A model generated the notes under the pieces. The model saw only the letters and a list, made by a program, of their open reading frames with translations. It was not told the DNA's origin and searched no databases. A stretch of DNA of 64,000 nt from Schmidtea polychroa. Its lineage: Eukaryota. This document shows positions 36,806 to 51,949 of this stretch, piece after piece (within the stretch, counting starts at the first letter, position 1; each line of letters opens with the position of its first letter). The position numbers and the translations under genes are program-made. The stretch covers positions 37,448,001 to 37,512,000 of the forward strand of contig CM097885.1 in the NCBI GenBank assembly GCA_044892525.1, written 5' to 3'.

Positions 36806-36950
36806 GACAATCCACCAAACGACAATCCGCCAAATCATTAATAGGCTGGCGACAATCCGCCAAACGACAATTCGCCAAATGACAATCCGCCAAATGACAA
36901 TCCGCCAAATAATTCAAAGCGACAATCCACCAAAGCGACAATCTGCCAAA
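36806..36950. repeat. 15-bp GACAATCCGCCAAAY array (8 copies), MULE-subterminal-like
   Basis: Eight near-identical units in groups; similar in style to the subterminal arrays of the MULE at 60845-62684. Confidence 0.8.
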
Positions 36951-37662
36951 AAGTCGAGAAATTTTTGTTTTAACATACATACATTTAGACGACAAATTAG
37001 ACAGAATCGGACGAAATGTTATTGGAAAAACGATTTGTGAAGAGTAATTGTAAAAAAAATAATTGCGACGAATAATTGTTGGAGAAGATTTGAAGAAAAG
37101 AATTAGTTGAAAAATTAAACGAAAGAAGTTATATGAGTATTTGAATAAAGTTGTGAAGAACGTAAAAAAAAACCACCAGCTCAAAGTCCCAGTTGATAAA
37201 CCAATCAGTAATTAGTGATCTTTCGATCCAGTGTTATACACAAGTGCTATTTCTCATTGAGTGTTGTATAGTCACCGAGCAGAGTGTGGAATTGATTGTC
37301 AGTGTAAAGTGAAAGTTATTTGTGATTATCAATAAAGATTTCTGTTGTCAAGTGTTATTTGTGGATCAGTCAAAGACATGCTTCGAATCAGAGTAAGAAT
37401 TTTAATTTTATAACTAACCAAATAATCCAACAGATATTGTCATCAGTATGCTTATAATGAAAACAAATATCTCATATTGCGGTTTAGGAAATATTTTCGC
37501 TTTAATAGCTATAAGTCATAATTGGATATTCAAAACAAATTAAATCGTTTAAAATTAAAATGAAAAACGCTGCTTTTTGTGAAGGTTAAATTTCAAATAT
37601 TCGAGGAAAAAAATCGAAAACCGTAAATTTTAATAACTTAATTTAAAAAAAATAATATTTAG

Positions 37663-37850
37663 GTGGAATCAGAACATCACAAAATTCAATTAATTGATGC
37701 CTTCAAAAATGGCGAAAATTACTATGAATTTGGAATATTGCTCAGAACCACCAAAAAATCGATTGGAACAATAATTTACAGATCCAAAAACTTGGAGAAA
37801 TTTCCAAACGAAAAAGGAAGTGCAATAAAGAAATCTTTTCAGAAAAAGAA
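37663..37850 (+). pseudogene. Tc1-like transposase N-terminal HTH remnant
   Basis: KIQLIDAFKNGENYYEFGILLRTTKKSIGTIIYRSKN resembles the Tc1 paired-like HTH. Confidence 0.4.
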
Positions 37851-39572
37851 GGAAATAAATGTACTAAAAAAATTAGTGTATTTGGCGATTACTTTCTTTA
37901 AAAAATAATTTAAAGTTGATCTAACTTACATTATATTGAAATAATTCCAAAATAATTCTTAAATTTCATGTATAAATTCATTCCTAAAAATGCTAAAAAG
38001 TAATTAAAAATAAATTATAACACAAATGTTACCTTTAAGTAATATTTAAGAATTTGAATAAGAACTCTCATAATTATATAAAATCAAAATTCAACCCTAA
38101 AAATTTAATTAAAATTAAAAAACTTATACTAACTATGCTCAACAAACTGTCTTATCCACATATGTTACTCTTCAAGTACTATTTGCTAAAATTAAATAAA
38201 TCAACTTACAAACTTCATTTTCTCATAAATGACGAGTCACCTACAATTGGTGTACACACAAAATGTATTATAGAAATTTTTATTCATTAAATTTGGTATG
38301 AGGTATGACAATAAATTATTTTTAGAAGTATGAAGTAAGATTGATTAATAACCCCTGCTATAGATTATAAATATGAATCAAATACAGTTGGAATATTTTT
38401 ATAAAAAAAGTATTGAAAATCTTTTGGAAGAAATAAAACGAGTATGAAATTTTAATTGGATTTTGAATTTGTATGAAAGTGCTATTTAAATTATTTTAGA
38501 AAATTGTTTCAAGAAAATTTGTTTAAATAAGAACAAGAAATAAATTGAATTTTGACAATAAGATGGAATCAGCAGACTTAAATACTTTAACAATTAATTC
38601 TCATCTTTCCCATATATAACCTGACATTTTCTGGTGGCTACTAGCAAATACCAAGTTTCATAATTTTAATTTTAATAAACAAAAATTTAAAAATATTGCA
38701 GTTTAATTAATTTAAAATCAATATGAAAAAATGTTTAACAAAATACAATATGGAAAAGAATATCTGCAACCAGTGTAGCGAGTGTTAATATTTCACAGGT
38801 ACCAGCTTGCTGTTAAGAGAAGTTGAAGAACCCAACTTAGGTTTTTGAACACTATGCTCAACAAACTGTCCTATCTACATATGTTACTCTTCAAGTACTA
38901 TTTGCTTAATCCACTGCATTCAGTGGCTCACCGCCTGTTCCATCAATAAGTATTATCTCAATAATTTCTACTTTAACTAACTAAATGCTAATGCGGCATG
39001 GTCGACTGGGTTTTCTGTTAATATCAAATATTTTTCACTCCCAATAGCAATGAATAAATCCGATTTTTCAGAAATTTTCTGTTAGGTGCACGTTTGAAAT
39101 TCCTTTTACAATTACGCATAATGTGATTTCTCTTCAGTTTATATATTTTCAATTGACATAATAATATAACAATTAAACATAGTTTTTTACCGCTTTTAAT
39201 CCCAATAAACAGTTAAAGAAATTGTCGCCATAAAATTTTAATTGAAAATTTATAAATAAAAATATTTAAAATGCTATCTGTAAAACTCTCATTTATTTAT
39301 TAATATCATTATCAATTTTCTTTATTTTCATTTCAGATTTTAAATGAATATTTTATTTTATTTCAAATTTGGGAACAACTCTTTCCAAATGCTGGCTAAA
39401 AAATCAGTGTTGCAAATTTATGTTAAATAAATATAAATATTGATTTGTAGTTTGAAGTGAAATAAAGAAAATTAACAATGTTATTAAAATATTTATTATT
39501 ATTAATTTGTTATAAAAATAACAGAAATTTCTAAAAATATTTCTATAAAAATGAAATTAATATGTCCATTAA

Positions 39573-39926
39573 GGGATTATCCATAATTGACATCACGCAA
39601 TTTAAACCCAGTTTTGATTTCACCACACGTCACCACGAAGAGTCATACTCTCAAATATTACGTCACAATGCTCTGGACCCTAAAAATTCAAATCTTTAAA
39701 ATATTACAACGGTTAAAATCTGAAGTATGATGGTGAATGTAACAAAATGTAAATAATCAAAAAATTAAGAACGAAATAATCATTATTATTAGTGTTGTTT
39801 AATTGTGGTAACAATTATCGTTATTAAATAAGTGCTTATGTTTGATTTAATGTCACATTTCTAAACCTCCCCAATCGTCACAAGTCATTTCTCACTAGGC
39901 ACATGACACCATTTATGAACGACGCC
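39573..39926. mobile_element. PIF/Harbinger-type MITE
   Basis: TAA|GGGATTATCCATAATTGACATCAC ... GACACCATTTATGAACGACGCC|TAA: degenerate TIRs and TAA TSD. Confidence 0.55.
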
Positions 39927-42900
39927 TAACCTTCTGATTGTATATTTTCCCCTCAATTATTTGGTTAAAAAAAGTCTTCTGTTTTTCTTTGGGAAATTGA
40001 AATACTAAATACAATTAATCAGCACCGTTAGATTTAACTGGGAAATTGTGGGAATACCATACAAAGAAACATAAATAAGTGGGAAACAGTGGAAATTACA
40101 CTCATAGGTGGTACATGTGGAAATTGCAGGATGGTTGGTCAGGAGCGTTTTAGAAACGCTAGAACTGCTTTTTTTTATTTTTTACATTAAAGAGAAAGAT
40201 GAAGGCTGCAGTAAGATATGGTTTTGTTACCGATTTCTTTACAAGTTAAAGTCTAAAATAAAATTATTTTAGAAGTAATTGAAACCATTTTATTTAGAAT
40301 TCGCAATATTGTTTTATGGTTCACAATAAAATCGTATTCCTTTTTATAAATGATGTTATTTTTAGCAATTTTTGATTTTCTGCACACATTTTCTTTTATA
40401 CATTCTCATTTAAACTTTTTATTCGTGGATAGTTAATTGTAAAGTGATAAAGAATAATAACTGAAATATCAAAATAATGAAATGATATAAGTAAACAATA
40501 TTGTAAAGTCGGTATCATACTCTAACTCCGTGTGCTTTTTAGTTAAATCAAAACTATGACACCCAACACAACAGATTTTATCTTATTTCACCACAATTTC
40601 TAACAATATTGTCAAGGATGCTTTTACCTTCATCTGGACTTTAAATAAATAGTGATAAGGTAGGTATTTCACATGGGAAATCGTATTTTCTGGTACACCT
40701 ATCAATTTGATTTACTAATTCTAACTTCACTTTTTTTGTCTTTGACTATTCTTTGAATAGTTCTATTTCAAATGTTATCTTTGACCAACTAACAACTAAT
40801 TACCAGGTTTTTATACAAGTTTCTCTCCTAAAAGATTTTGAAAAAAAAGAATTGAATTAAATTCTCACCAAAGACTATTTCACAAATATGATTTGCCGAA
40901 AACTAATCCTATTATTGATTTTTAAGGAAAGATTAATCTCATTTTTGTCATTTATTGTTCTGGATTTTCTATTTAGCTTCGAGTTTCTTACGTAAAAATT
41001 AAATTTATTTATTTTTCTTATTTAATTTGTAATTTTTGAAAAACTTTTATGGGGACCAATACTGATTTTATATTATTGTATTTGTATTTGTCTCATCATT
41101 TGCCATAATCAAATGCCTATTTCCCTCGAAATATGTCAATTTTTAATTTTTAAAATTTTTTAATTAATTTTTTAAATTTATTATTATTGAATTTTTTAAA
41201 TTGTGCCATTTTTTTATCAATTTCCACCTAGTTAAATTACTTTTGAAAGCCTCTAGACAAGTTGCAACAAAGTGACCGAAAGTCACTACACATATGAAAG
41301 ATTTTACCAAAGCGCATAAATTATGTGCAACGTAAACAAATATTATGGGCGGATGGTAAATTAATAATTATATTTTTTTATTAAATTTACATATTTCTAA
41401 AGATTTTTAAAATAATTTTAATTTTTTTATGTTAATAATATTTTTAATAAAATAAAAGTTTTGTGTTTATTACGAATTTCAGGTCATTTATATATGTTTA
41501 AAAACGGTAAATTTTATTAAATTTTCATTTTGAAGTTATTTAAAATGTTTTCAATTATAAATAATTTCTCTGAGTGTGGTAAGTCCTAGAGATAGTTTTT
41601 GGGTTGGAGGTAGAAAGTCTCGAGAAATGGGAAATGTTTTTGGTATTAAATTTACAGAGATTAGTTTTGTAGCGGAAAAGCAAGAATTCCGATTATTCAT
41701 GCAATAAGAACTTCGTTAAAGTGATTTGCATATACTGTAAATTATTTTATTCTTCAAGTTTGGATCCAACGATTGTTAAAATATCATTCAAATTGATTTG
41801 AACATGCAAAAATAATTCCAAGTAAAATTATTTCAATAAACTTTGAGCGTAAACAACTATTTGGCCTGAGTGTAAATTATNNNNNNNNNNNNNNNNNNNN
41901 NNNNNNNNNNNNNNNNNNNNNNNNNNNNNNNNNNNNNNNNNNNNNNNNNNNNNNNNNNNNNNNNNNNNNNNNNNNNNNNNNNNNNNNNNNNNNNNNNNNN
42001 NNNNNNNNNNNNNNNNNNNNNNNNNNNNNNNNNNNNTTTATTTATATATTTTGTGAACTTTAGTCAAAATATTTTACAAGAATATTTTTTACCAATTACA
42101 ATTAATTTTTTTTCTTTACTTGATTTTACAATTGAATTTCAAAAGCTCACTAATGTGAAATATTGAGCACTGGAAAACGGATCGAGAGTTACTAACGAAT
42201 ACTGATCCGAGTTCACTATTCGTATGAATTATAAAGGTATTATTTTGTTGATTAGAGATTTAACTCTGATTCAATTACTTGTAATAAAGTTTCTAAAAAT
42301 TTAGAGTGCACATTTATAATATCAGAGATCTCCATCTCAAGCCAGGTTAATTCGCTCAATTTTCTGAGGATTAAGCGTCCAATAATCTTCTGTCAGTGAA
42401 TGGGAAAGTCACCCATAAATCTAATTATCTCAGTCAAGTGCTCTAGTGGTAGATTACCACAAGTTCTCCGATAATTCTGTCGGGGAGGAGTAAGAATCGT
42501 TGAAGATGAGATTTATAATATCGTGCATTACATCAACAGAAACTTTTGTTATTTTTTTTAATCACAAATAAAATGAACTAAATTTTAGTTTATTTTTAAG
42601 ACTTGATCCTGAGTTTAATTGCGATATCGTTACAAATATTTTAGTTAGGGAAATCACATGAGTTATTTAGAAATTTTGTTTTAATGCCTTCGAAAACTTT
42701 TGTTTTATTAGTTATTTCTGATGGAATTTAGTCAAATAACAAAATATTAAATTCTTTGAAAATTACTTTTTACTGCATTTACCTTACTAATTACTTATCT
42801 TGAAATATTTATAGTTTCTAAGTTTCTTTTTATACATTAGTAATATTAGTATACCAACCATAGGACGGTTGTATTATTATTATAACCTAGAAAGAAATAA

Positions 42901-45900
42901 TTCAAATAAAAATGTCCTGTTATCAATTAAAATTAAATTATTTTAAAATTAAAAATTTTGCACGTCGAATTTAATAAAATTATGTAGCATTAATTACACA
43001 ACCATTGAAAAACCCTTAGACGTCCAAGGATTTCACACAATTGACTTTTAATATATGCAATTTGTTAGTTAATAATATATTAACTTGTTAAACTCGTTTG
43101 AAATATAAAAACCTCATTTCAAAACTTAAAACTGGTGCGTTCGTCGAGTATGCACTTTTGAAATAAACATGCATTTTATCATTTGTTACATTTTTTCGGC
43201 AAAAAAATGTAATAGATGCATTTATCTTGTGTCGGCATGTACGAATATTCCTTGAATACTACACATTTAATATGTTAAAAATTAATTAATTGCCATGGTT
43301 TCGATTATAATTAAAAAAAGTTAAAAAATAATCATGATAATTTTTTTAATTCCGAAATTATTTTCATTACTCGTTCTAATTATTACCCTTAAACTATTTT
43401 CAAATAGCATTTGTTTAAATATTACATTTTTTAATTTCTTGTTAAATTTTAAAATCATTTGGCAAATCACTTTGGCAATATTCTTTTTTTAAATTAATTT
43501 TTTTTATTGCTACTGCTAAGTTATAATAAGACTGTATGTAGAAGAAATTGTTGAGCCCAGTTGAGTCACCGGTAAAATCTGTCTTGGGACATCTGGAATG
43601 CTTGTGTGTATATGTGGTAAATGCTATGCGTGTATGTGTAACAATGATAAAAATTAAAAATAAAAACAATTAATTTAATTAAAACAATCAATAAAAAAAA
43701 CACATAAAAAATATTTTAAATATTTCTTCGATAACAAGATCATATGTTCATTTTAATGTTTAGTCTAAAATACTTTTTCTACGTATCGTACGCTTCAAAA
43801 TTAAGACCGGTCCTTTTTTCAAATTTATGTAAAATCAAAAAAAACAATAAAAAAATTTCGAAGACAACCAGTAATAATAACAAGTATATTTGATACTTTA
43901 TTCTAAAATTCAACGTAATTAAACAAAATATCATTAAGATTAAATATTAAGTTGTTTATTTGATTTAGCAAACAGGAACATTTATCACCAATTATAAAGT
44001 TAGGCACATTTTTTACAATTAAATTCGCTTTTTTATTGAAATAAAAAAAATATAAATAAAAAATTTTATAACTCTAAATTTTTACAATAAGATTTAATAA
44101 CTTAACGTACGTATTGTGTCAGATATATGCGCTTCTTACTGTTAATTTTGTACATGCTTCAGTGCGATATTTGTTTATGATAAGAGGTAGTTCAAATGAC
44201 GTGAAATAAAATATTATTGAATATGCCACTGACGGTCAAAAATTTGATTTTTTGACAACAAACTGAAAATAATTCTGTAAATTAGATAATTAAAAAACCA
44301 ATGAAGTTGCATGCTGAGTGTCAGGTGTTTTCAGCTGAGAATTAAATATTTCAATGATTTATTAAAATAATTTTAAATGATAAATAATTGGCTATTTAAA
44401 ATTACTTTAAAAAACATTTTTAAATTGAAATTTTTAAATTAAAAATTTGGACAAGCTTTTATTAGTAAATCATTTTTAAATTAATATATTTTAAATATCG
44501 AAATTTTGATAAATGGTTTTTGAAATATTTTATTCAACGCTGAAATTTTTTTGGAAATTATACAATATTTCATTTAAAATAAATACTTGGAATTATATGG
44601 TTAAGTTTTGAACCGGATTTAAGAAATAATTTAGAAGATGTGTTAGCAGCTTCTAATACTGAGGTTACTTGACATAGCTATTAGTTTAGTTATAAAAGAT
44701 TATCCGTTATGAAATTATCTTTTAGATTCCACAGAAGTGGGTCAAATTTTTGATTGTCTAACCTAAGTTGTTTTAAAAGTGATACCGAATTTCCAGTTAA
44801 AATCAACCAAGATGATTCGGAACTATTATTTTCTATTTAGTGAGAAGATAAACCAATTAAAACAAAAATAAATGATAAAACAAATAATAATCAAGAAAGA
44901 TTATAACATCAGTTTCATTTCAGTTCAAAGAGTTACAACCGATAAAGGCTTACAATACATCTTTATATATAAATAGAAAATGTCTTTACAAGTAAAATGA
45001 AAAGAAGACAAAAATCAGTTCATAGTTAACAAATTCAAATCTATAATAAAATTATAAAAAATATTTTTCATTACAATAAATATAAATGATTTATCAAATA
45101 TCCACGGCTTAAGAATAACATATTTCATAACATGCTGGAATTTCTGATAATTTTCTTACCTAAAAATGCTAGCTTACATCTTAAATCTACATAGTATGTC
45201 CTAGCAAGTCACCATTTGCAAAATATTGAGAATGGAAGTCCCGCAAATTCAACTCTCAACAAAATTGCAACCTTTCGCCTCTTTAAGTTACTAATACAAT
45301 AGTTTTACGTAAACTAAAGCTGAAAAGTTTAAAAAGTTAACTATTTAAAGATTTCACTATCAACATTCAGAATTTTTTTAATTTTTTGATAATTTCCTTT
45401 CGTGGACTAGGATAATTTGGAAAATAATCTGAAATATTAATCAAAAGCGTTTTTGCAAATAACACATTTGCGACATTATCATTTAAATTTGCTAGAAGAT
45501 GTAAAAGTTATAAAGTCACACACATGTACGGTTAGAAAATATTTTCTATCTAAATGACCAATTATATTAAATATAATCAGTTAAGGATTCCATTGGTTTA
45601 TTTTCATTTGAATATTTATTCATAAAAGTTCATTTAATACAGTTTCCCCCACGAACCAAGGATTTATTTAATACAAAATATGCAAATTGATTTTGTATTT
45701 TAAAAAATATATTTAAAAAATTTTAAATATTATGTAAATGTTAAGAAATTTAAATTTAACACTAAAATCTTGTTAATTTTTAATCTATTAAAACATTAAA
45801 AACATTAAAACTATTAAATATACATATTACTTCAAGGAGAAAGTACGCACGGAATACACATGGACTAAAGTTTCCATTGAATGATTTTTAAATATTTGTT

Positions 45901-46674
45901 GGGCTTTATACAGCGTCGTGATGTAACTTTTAAGGGATCTGTGTAGAAAACTAAAAATGAAATTTTTAACAATAATTTCCGTAGTTTTTTTGAATTTATT
46001 TTTATTGATTTTAATTAAAAAATTAATACAAAGAAATTATAAAACAATTTTTCTAGCTCTTGATGTGGAAAATTAATTAATCATATCATTGTAATCAAGT
46101 GTATTGGCTTTTCCGTTTTCAATCAACAATATTACTAATCCATCTTTGTTGTTTTCTTTCAATTCGTGCTATTTCTTTGCCATTAGAGTAGTTTTCGTAG
46201 TGTATTTAATATTTGAGATCCTTCAAATATAAGGGACACAGTGATATTTCCATTGTTGTACGACTTTTGACCTATATCCCGTGATATTTATCATCTTTTG
46301 CAATAAAATACTTTTGAATAAATTTATTTTATAATAATGAAAACTATGAAAACTATTTGAAGTTACAAGTTACATTCAAGTTATACATCTAAGTTTTTGT
46401 CCATGCTCAAGAGTTGTTTTACAATTTTTTCAATTTTAAATGGACTAGTTATATCTATTTCTCAGGTAGTAAAAAGAGATGCCTTTAAACTTGTCAAATA
46501 TATGTAGGATCTTAATTTATTCTTGAATATTGTTCTTTGACTTGAACTGTGGAAACAGTAATTTTTATTGTGTTCTGAAATCTTTAAATAACTCATGACA
46601 AGTAAATGTTTTGTGTGCGAAAATACAAGAAACAAACAATGAGATAAACTATACCAGGAAACTATATTTTAAGG

Positions 46675-47168
46675 CAGTGATTCTCAAACACTGTGCCGCG
46701 AAATTTTAGATATATAATGTATCGAAATTCTTGCAAATTCAAATTTTGCTCTACAAATCGACGAAACAACAGACATTACAGGAAAAGCTCAAATAATTGC
46801 ATTCGTTAGATTTATTCACGAAAATTATATAATTAATCAATTTTTATGTTGTCGGGAGTTACCTGATTTTACAACTGGCAAACATATTTTTGATATAATT
46901 AGTTCATATTTAGAAGAAATTATCAAAAAACATCAAGTTCAAATTTCGAATTAAAAGTATTCTTATTATTAACTTGTAATAATAAACGTTTTGTTATTTT
47001 TTAGTACATATTATTTTATTTCGCACATTTAAAATTTTTATCATAAACTATTTAACGCTGTGTGTTATAGGTTATTAAATAATTTTTAAACTTATCTTTT
47101 TTTTGTGTGCCCCAAAATTTTGAAATCGTTAAAAGTGTGCCGCAACAAAAAATCATTGAGAATCACTG
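46675..47168 (+). mobile_element. hAT Charlie/Buster deletion derivative
   Basis: Perfect 13-bp TIRs CAGTGATTCTCAA/TTGAGAATCACTG; TSD TTTTAAGG/TTCTAAGG; internal FALQIDETTDITGKAQIIAFVRF..FLCCRELP. Confidence 0.9.
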
Positions 47169-49899
47169 TTCTAAGGAATCATTATAAGAGTAAAAATGAA
47201 TAGCTCCAACATTATTTATTTAAGATAGCCTTTAGTGATGTCGCAAGTTGCTAACAATTTATATAAAGAATCAATTTTAAATAAAGAAAAAATAAAATAC
47301 ATTTTCTTTTGTTTTTTAAAAATATTTTTAAATTTCTTTTTCATACATAATTAATCGAAAGGTCATCTCAGCGCCGTGCTTTAACTTTTGGGGGCCCTGT
47401 GCAGATACTATTTTTTTTAAAATTTCACTACACTCATTTTTATTGATTTTAATTAAAAAACAATACAAAGAAATTATAAAGCAATTTTTCTAACTCTTTA
47501 AAAGAACAACTGAATTATTAGGTATATTTGTTTCAAATTAAATCGTAAAAATTAAAATAAATTTAATTAAATTAAAACAAATTAAATCGTCAACTAGATT
47601 TGTTTGAAAGTTAAAAGAATTTTGAATTTTCATCTATGTTTTTCTTTCAATTGATGATATTTTTTTGCTATTGGATAAGTTTTTCTAATGTACTTATTGT
47701 ACTTGCAATTGTATGGCGCTGGTCATCCTCCTTGAGTATGCTGCACTTGTACAGCGCACAAAACTGATAACAGGTCAGTTGGATAATATTACTGTTTTAA
47801 CCCTTTTCAACATATTTCGATTGCGATATTTTTCACACATTCATTGGATAAGTTTAAGCAGATTTCGCTCCTTTCCATATTAATTATAAATTTCAGTTCT
47901 TTTCTTGAACCAATTTTTAAGATTATCAATTGAATTAAATAAATTTTCAAAAGAAGATCAATTCCACTAGAAATTTAGTTGTCGGTAGTGGTTAAGTATT
48001 GGGTGGGGGGTAAAGATAAATATTAAGTTAATATAAATAAAAATTAAGTTATTATGATAAATTTATTTACCATTCAAAATTTTTTTGCTTAGTTATTGAT
48101 GTCTTTTAAACAAGAACTTGATGTCATTATGTAGGTAACGTAGAAAAGATCTTTTGATTTTTGCCCTCGCCCCATAAGCTTTGTACTACTTTCCAATGAG
48201 TTATCATTGTGAAATATTCAAAATATCTTTTTCAAAAGGCAATGCCGAAAATTCGTGAGTATCAATAAACATCGATATATTACTGATTTATAGTCTTCAA
48301 GCTCTCTTTTTAATAAATTAAAATAATGATTTATACAAAATACTGTTTATTATATACTTACTTTAATTACATTATGATATTTATGATAACTTTACGTTGT
48401 AGTATTTTAAAATGTTTTGCGTAAACATATTGTAATTTTAAATGTTTGGTACAATCATTACTTTATCAATAGTATATCTATGAAGTGCCTCTGACTTCCA
48501 CTTTTATCAATTTAATAATTGAACACAAAATATATTATTTAATTAATTAAATTAAAATAAAATCAAGAAATAAAAAATACATTGTTTTAATATTCATATT
48601 TACATTCACTGTTAAAAATAACATCTCATCAATCAAAATGCAAAAAATGTGCTCAAATTTTTGCAAATGGAAAAATTTGTTGGAAGTTCGTTCAACCGAT
48701 TCTATCAGTCAAAACGGTTTACTCGTTCCGATTCATTTCATTAGTTTAATCCTCACGATACGTTTTATCAATTTAGGCCACCGTTCGATTAATTCCATCA
48801 GTTTAAGATTTTTGTCACTTTAACCTATGATAATCATCTAATTGTTAATCAGCTTAATCAGTTCTAGTATCCTTTTTATTCAATCCGTCCAATGCATTTC
48901 AGCAGTTCTATCTATTCGATCAGGTCAGAGAATCCAGACATTTCAATACATTCGATCAGTTCAACCTGGTGTCAGTTAATCATTAAAATATTGCAGTTCT
49001 ATGTGTATTACTGTTTGAGTCCATGACATTATCTTTCCAAAATCCGATATCGCAATCAAAAATGCAACGGTTTGATTAACAGTCCACTACTTCTCCTTTA
49101 TATCGGATGTGTTATTTTATCAACGTCATTCCTTTGAGCTTATGTGTATTACAGTATCTTCAATATCCATGTCAATATAAATTTTATTCAGACTGGTATT
49201 ATGTCTCTACAATCTATTTTCATTACCCTGAACTATTGATAACATGTCAATTTTACTCTGATATTGTAATTTTCTATTTCAGCACTTAATTTATTGTCAT
49301 ATACACATTCATGTTTGTAATAATATTGATAACAAAATATTTTCCTGGAGAAAATAAATTAGTAAATTTTCATAACTCACTGCTATTTTTAATATTAAAT
49401 TTAACCAAGATTACCTAAACTCAAAGAAAATTAGTTACATCGATATAAAACAAGTTAACAGTGCAGTACATATGCAACTTATAAGCATGACTAACAAAGA
49501 CTTTGTGATGGATATTCTGTGATGATAGCATCAATACCCACTGACACGTTTCTATAAATATTGTCTAAACTTTCGATATTAAAATACAACCGGAATATGT
49601 TGTGTAGATGTGAGAAGTTCTTACTATATCTTTGGTAAGGTTTATCTAGCAAAATCTTGAATGCAACGGCTAAACGATTAAATAACATAATTTTTGCAAG
49701 TCGTATTGATGTTGATCTTCGATGACTCAAGATTAAAAGGTTCATCTACTTGGAATTATTTTTTTCAATTTAAACAAAACGCCTCACTGATGCAATTTAA
49801 ATATTCAAGTTGAAGGTATTCCATGGCGGATTTCCTTTACAAAGTAAAAATTACAGAAGACGAAACCTAGCTTAAATTCAGCAAAAAAATAATGAAACA

Positions 49900-50700
49900 T
49901 TTTACATTTCGGTTGTGGGCGTGGGAGTGATACAATTTTCAAACAAGTTTTGATTGATGCGCTAAGATTGCGAAAAAGCTAGAAACACAATCAAACTTGG
50001 ATACAGAACAAGTTAAAAATAAGAGACAGAAGCAACATTATAGATATGAGGTTCTAGACGAGGTAACGAAAAATTTAATTCTTCTATTCTACGTTCAATA
50101 TGATATATAATCTATTGAAGAGAAGTTCCAATAGCTAGATTATTATAACATCTAGTTTGGTTTCCGGTATGATATTTACAACATCAACAAAATGTCTCAT
50201 GCAAGATTACTTACAACATTTTTTAAAAATCTTTGACACATTTCCAACATACATATTGATTTATATATGTTAAAGACTATAAGACTATAAACCAGTAATA
50301 TATCGATGTTTGTTGATATATTACTGATTTATAGTCTTCAAACTCTCTTTTTAATAAATTCAATTAAAAAAATAATCAGTGGTGAAATTGGAAGAAATTA
50401 AAGTTCTTATAATAATATATATTGATATTAAGGATTCCTGCAATAACTTGAAAACTTTCAAAATCTTTGCCAACATAAGAAATACTTCTCTTTATAACAC
50501 AAAAATAATTTGAACAATTTTCTACATAATGTTTTTGTTAACTAAAAATATCTCTGACACTTTTATAATTTGAACAAAGAGTTGAATGTAGTTTCCCAAA
50601 GTTGAAACTTATCAAAATGCGTCAAAGCAGAATCAAAGACATAGTAACGATACTGCTTGAAAAAGACCAAGAATCGACATTGAATTTGGAGGAACAGGTG
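49900..50700 (+). pseudogene. Highly decayed hAT transposase fragments
   Basis: KRQKQHYRYEVLDE..SIEEKFQ*LDYY..FGF..DIY and ECSFPKLKLIK. Confidence 0.4.
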
Positions 50701-51674
50701 GAACCTTTTATGTATAAAAATGCAGAAACATTGAAATTTTATTTTATGAATTCTGGAACTGTTTTATACCGCGGATATTAAATATTTCAATTGAAATCAT
50801 TGTGTTCTTTTGTCACAATTTTCATTTTTTTAAAAATGTACTATTTTGTGAAGAAAGTTTGACCTAGACCCAAAATAATCTGGTAATAGTGACGACTCTG
50901 TCAAATAATCAGAATATACGAAAAGTCATAAACTAAAATTACGAGAAATATGTAAAATAATAATTGCAAAAAAATTATTTTTTTAGGAGAAATATTGCTA
51001 ACCGATTGCGGAAAAGTGGGATTAGTGAAGAACCCTTCCACGAGTAATGTGCAATTTATTCATGGACATTTTCTGTAAGTCATTTTTTGACCGAAACAAT
51101 TTATTGGAAATAGTGAAATCACTTATTTTACAATTTAAATATTATCCATGAAGATTTTTGGATAAATTTACAAAAAGTATTTTTAACAATTGCATTTGAA
51201 ACTGATTGACAGACACGGAAAGGATGCATCAGTAAAATCCCATTTTGCCGATGAAATCCACGTGAATTTAAGTGAAAACCCCCCAATAAGTTTTTAAAGT
51301 TTACTAATAGGATTTTTAATTTCATTCGTTATTGTATAAATTACACTGATAATGAAATGTCAACCGTCGAAATTTTCAAAGAGATAATTGACCAGTATAC
51401 ATATGTCAATTTTGCACCAAGTACGTCGTCAATTTTCAGCCAAAACTGAAAATATATTATTTACACNNNNNNNNNNNNNNNNNNNNNNNNNNNNNNNNNN
51501 NNNNNNNNNNNNNNNNNNNNNNNNNNNNNNNNNNNNNNNNNNNNNNNNNNNNNNNNNNNNNNNNNNNNNNNNNNNNNNNNNNNNNNNNNNNNNNNNNNNN
51601 NNNNNNNNNNNNNNNNNNNNNNNNNNNNNNNNNNNNNNNNNNNNNNNNATCGTTTTAAATCTAACGGAAAGCAC

Positions 51675-51682
<8 letters not shown>

Positions 51683-51749
<67 letters not shown>
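51683..51749. repeat. (AT)n microsatellite
   Basis: Direct observation. Confidence 0.98.
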
Positions 51750-51753
<4 letters not shown>

Positions 51754-51949
51754 TATCTTACGACAATATATTTCGACAGAATCACTGTCATCTTCAAGTA
51801 GAATTGAAATATAACTAAATCAATATAAATTGCTCTTTTTTTAAACAAACTAATTAACTAATTCATTAATTTTTTTAAAATTTTTAAAACTTTTAAAACT
51901 CACAAAAGTTGAAATCAAACAAGATTCTAACAAATTTTCCACAAAATTG

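Noticed and set aside
36806-36950. 15-bp repeat array (and the 148-bp repeat) as CRISPR-like
   Set aside because: No unique spacers of regular length, no cas genes, eukaryotic context; better explained as transposon subterminal or satellite repeats.
36579-37184. 201-aa and 96-aa ORFs with LADCR/TIRQ repeats
   Set aside because: Translations of the 15-bp DNA repeat array, not real proteins.
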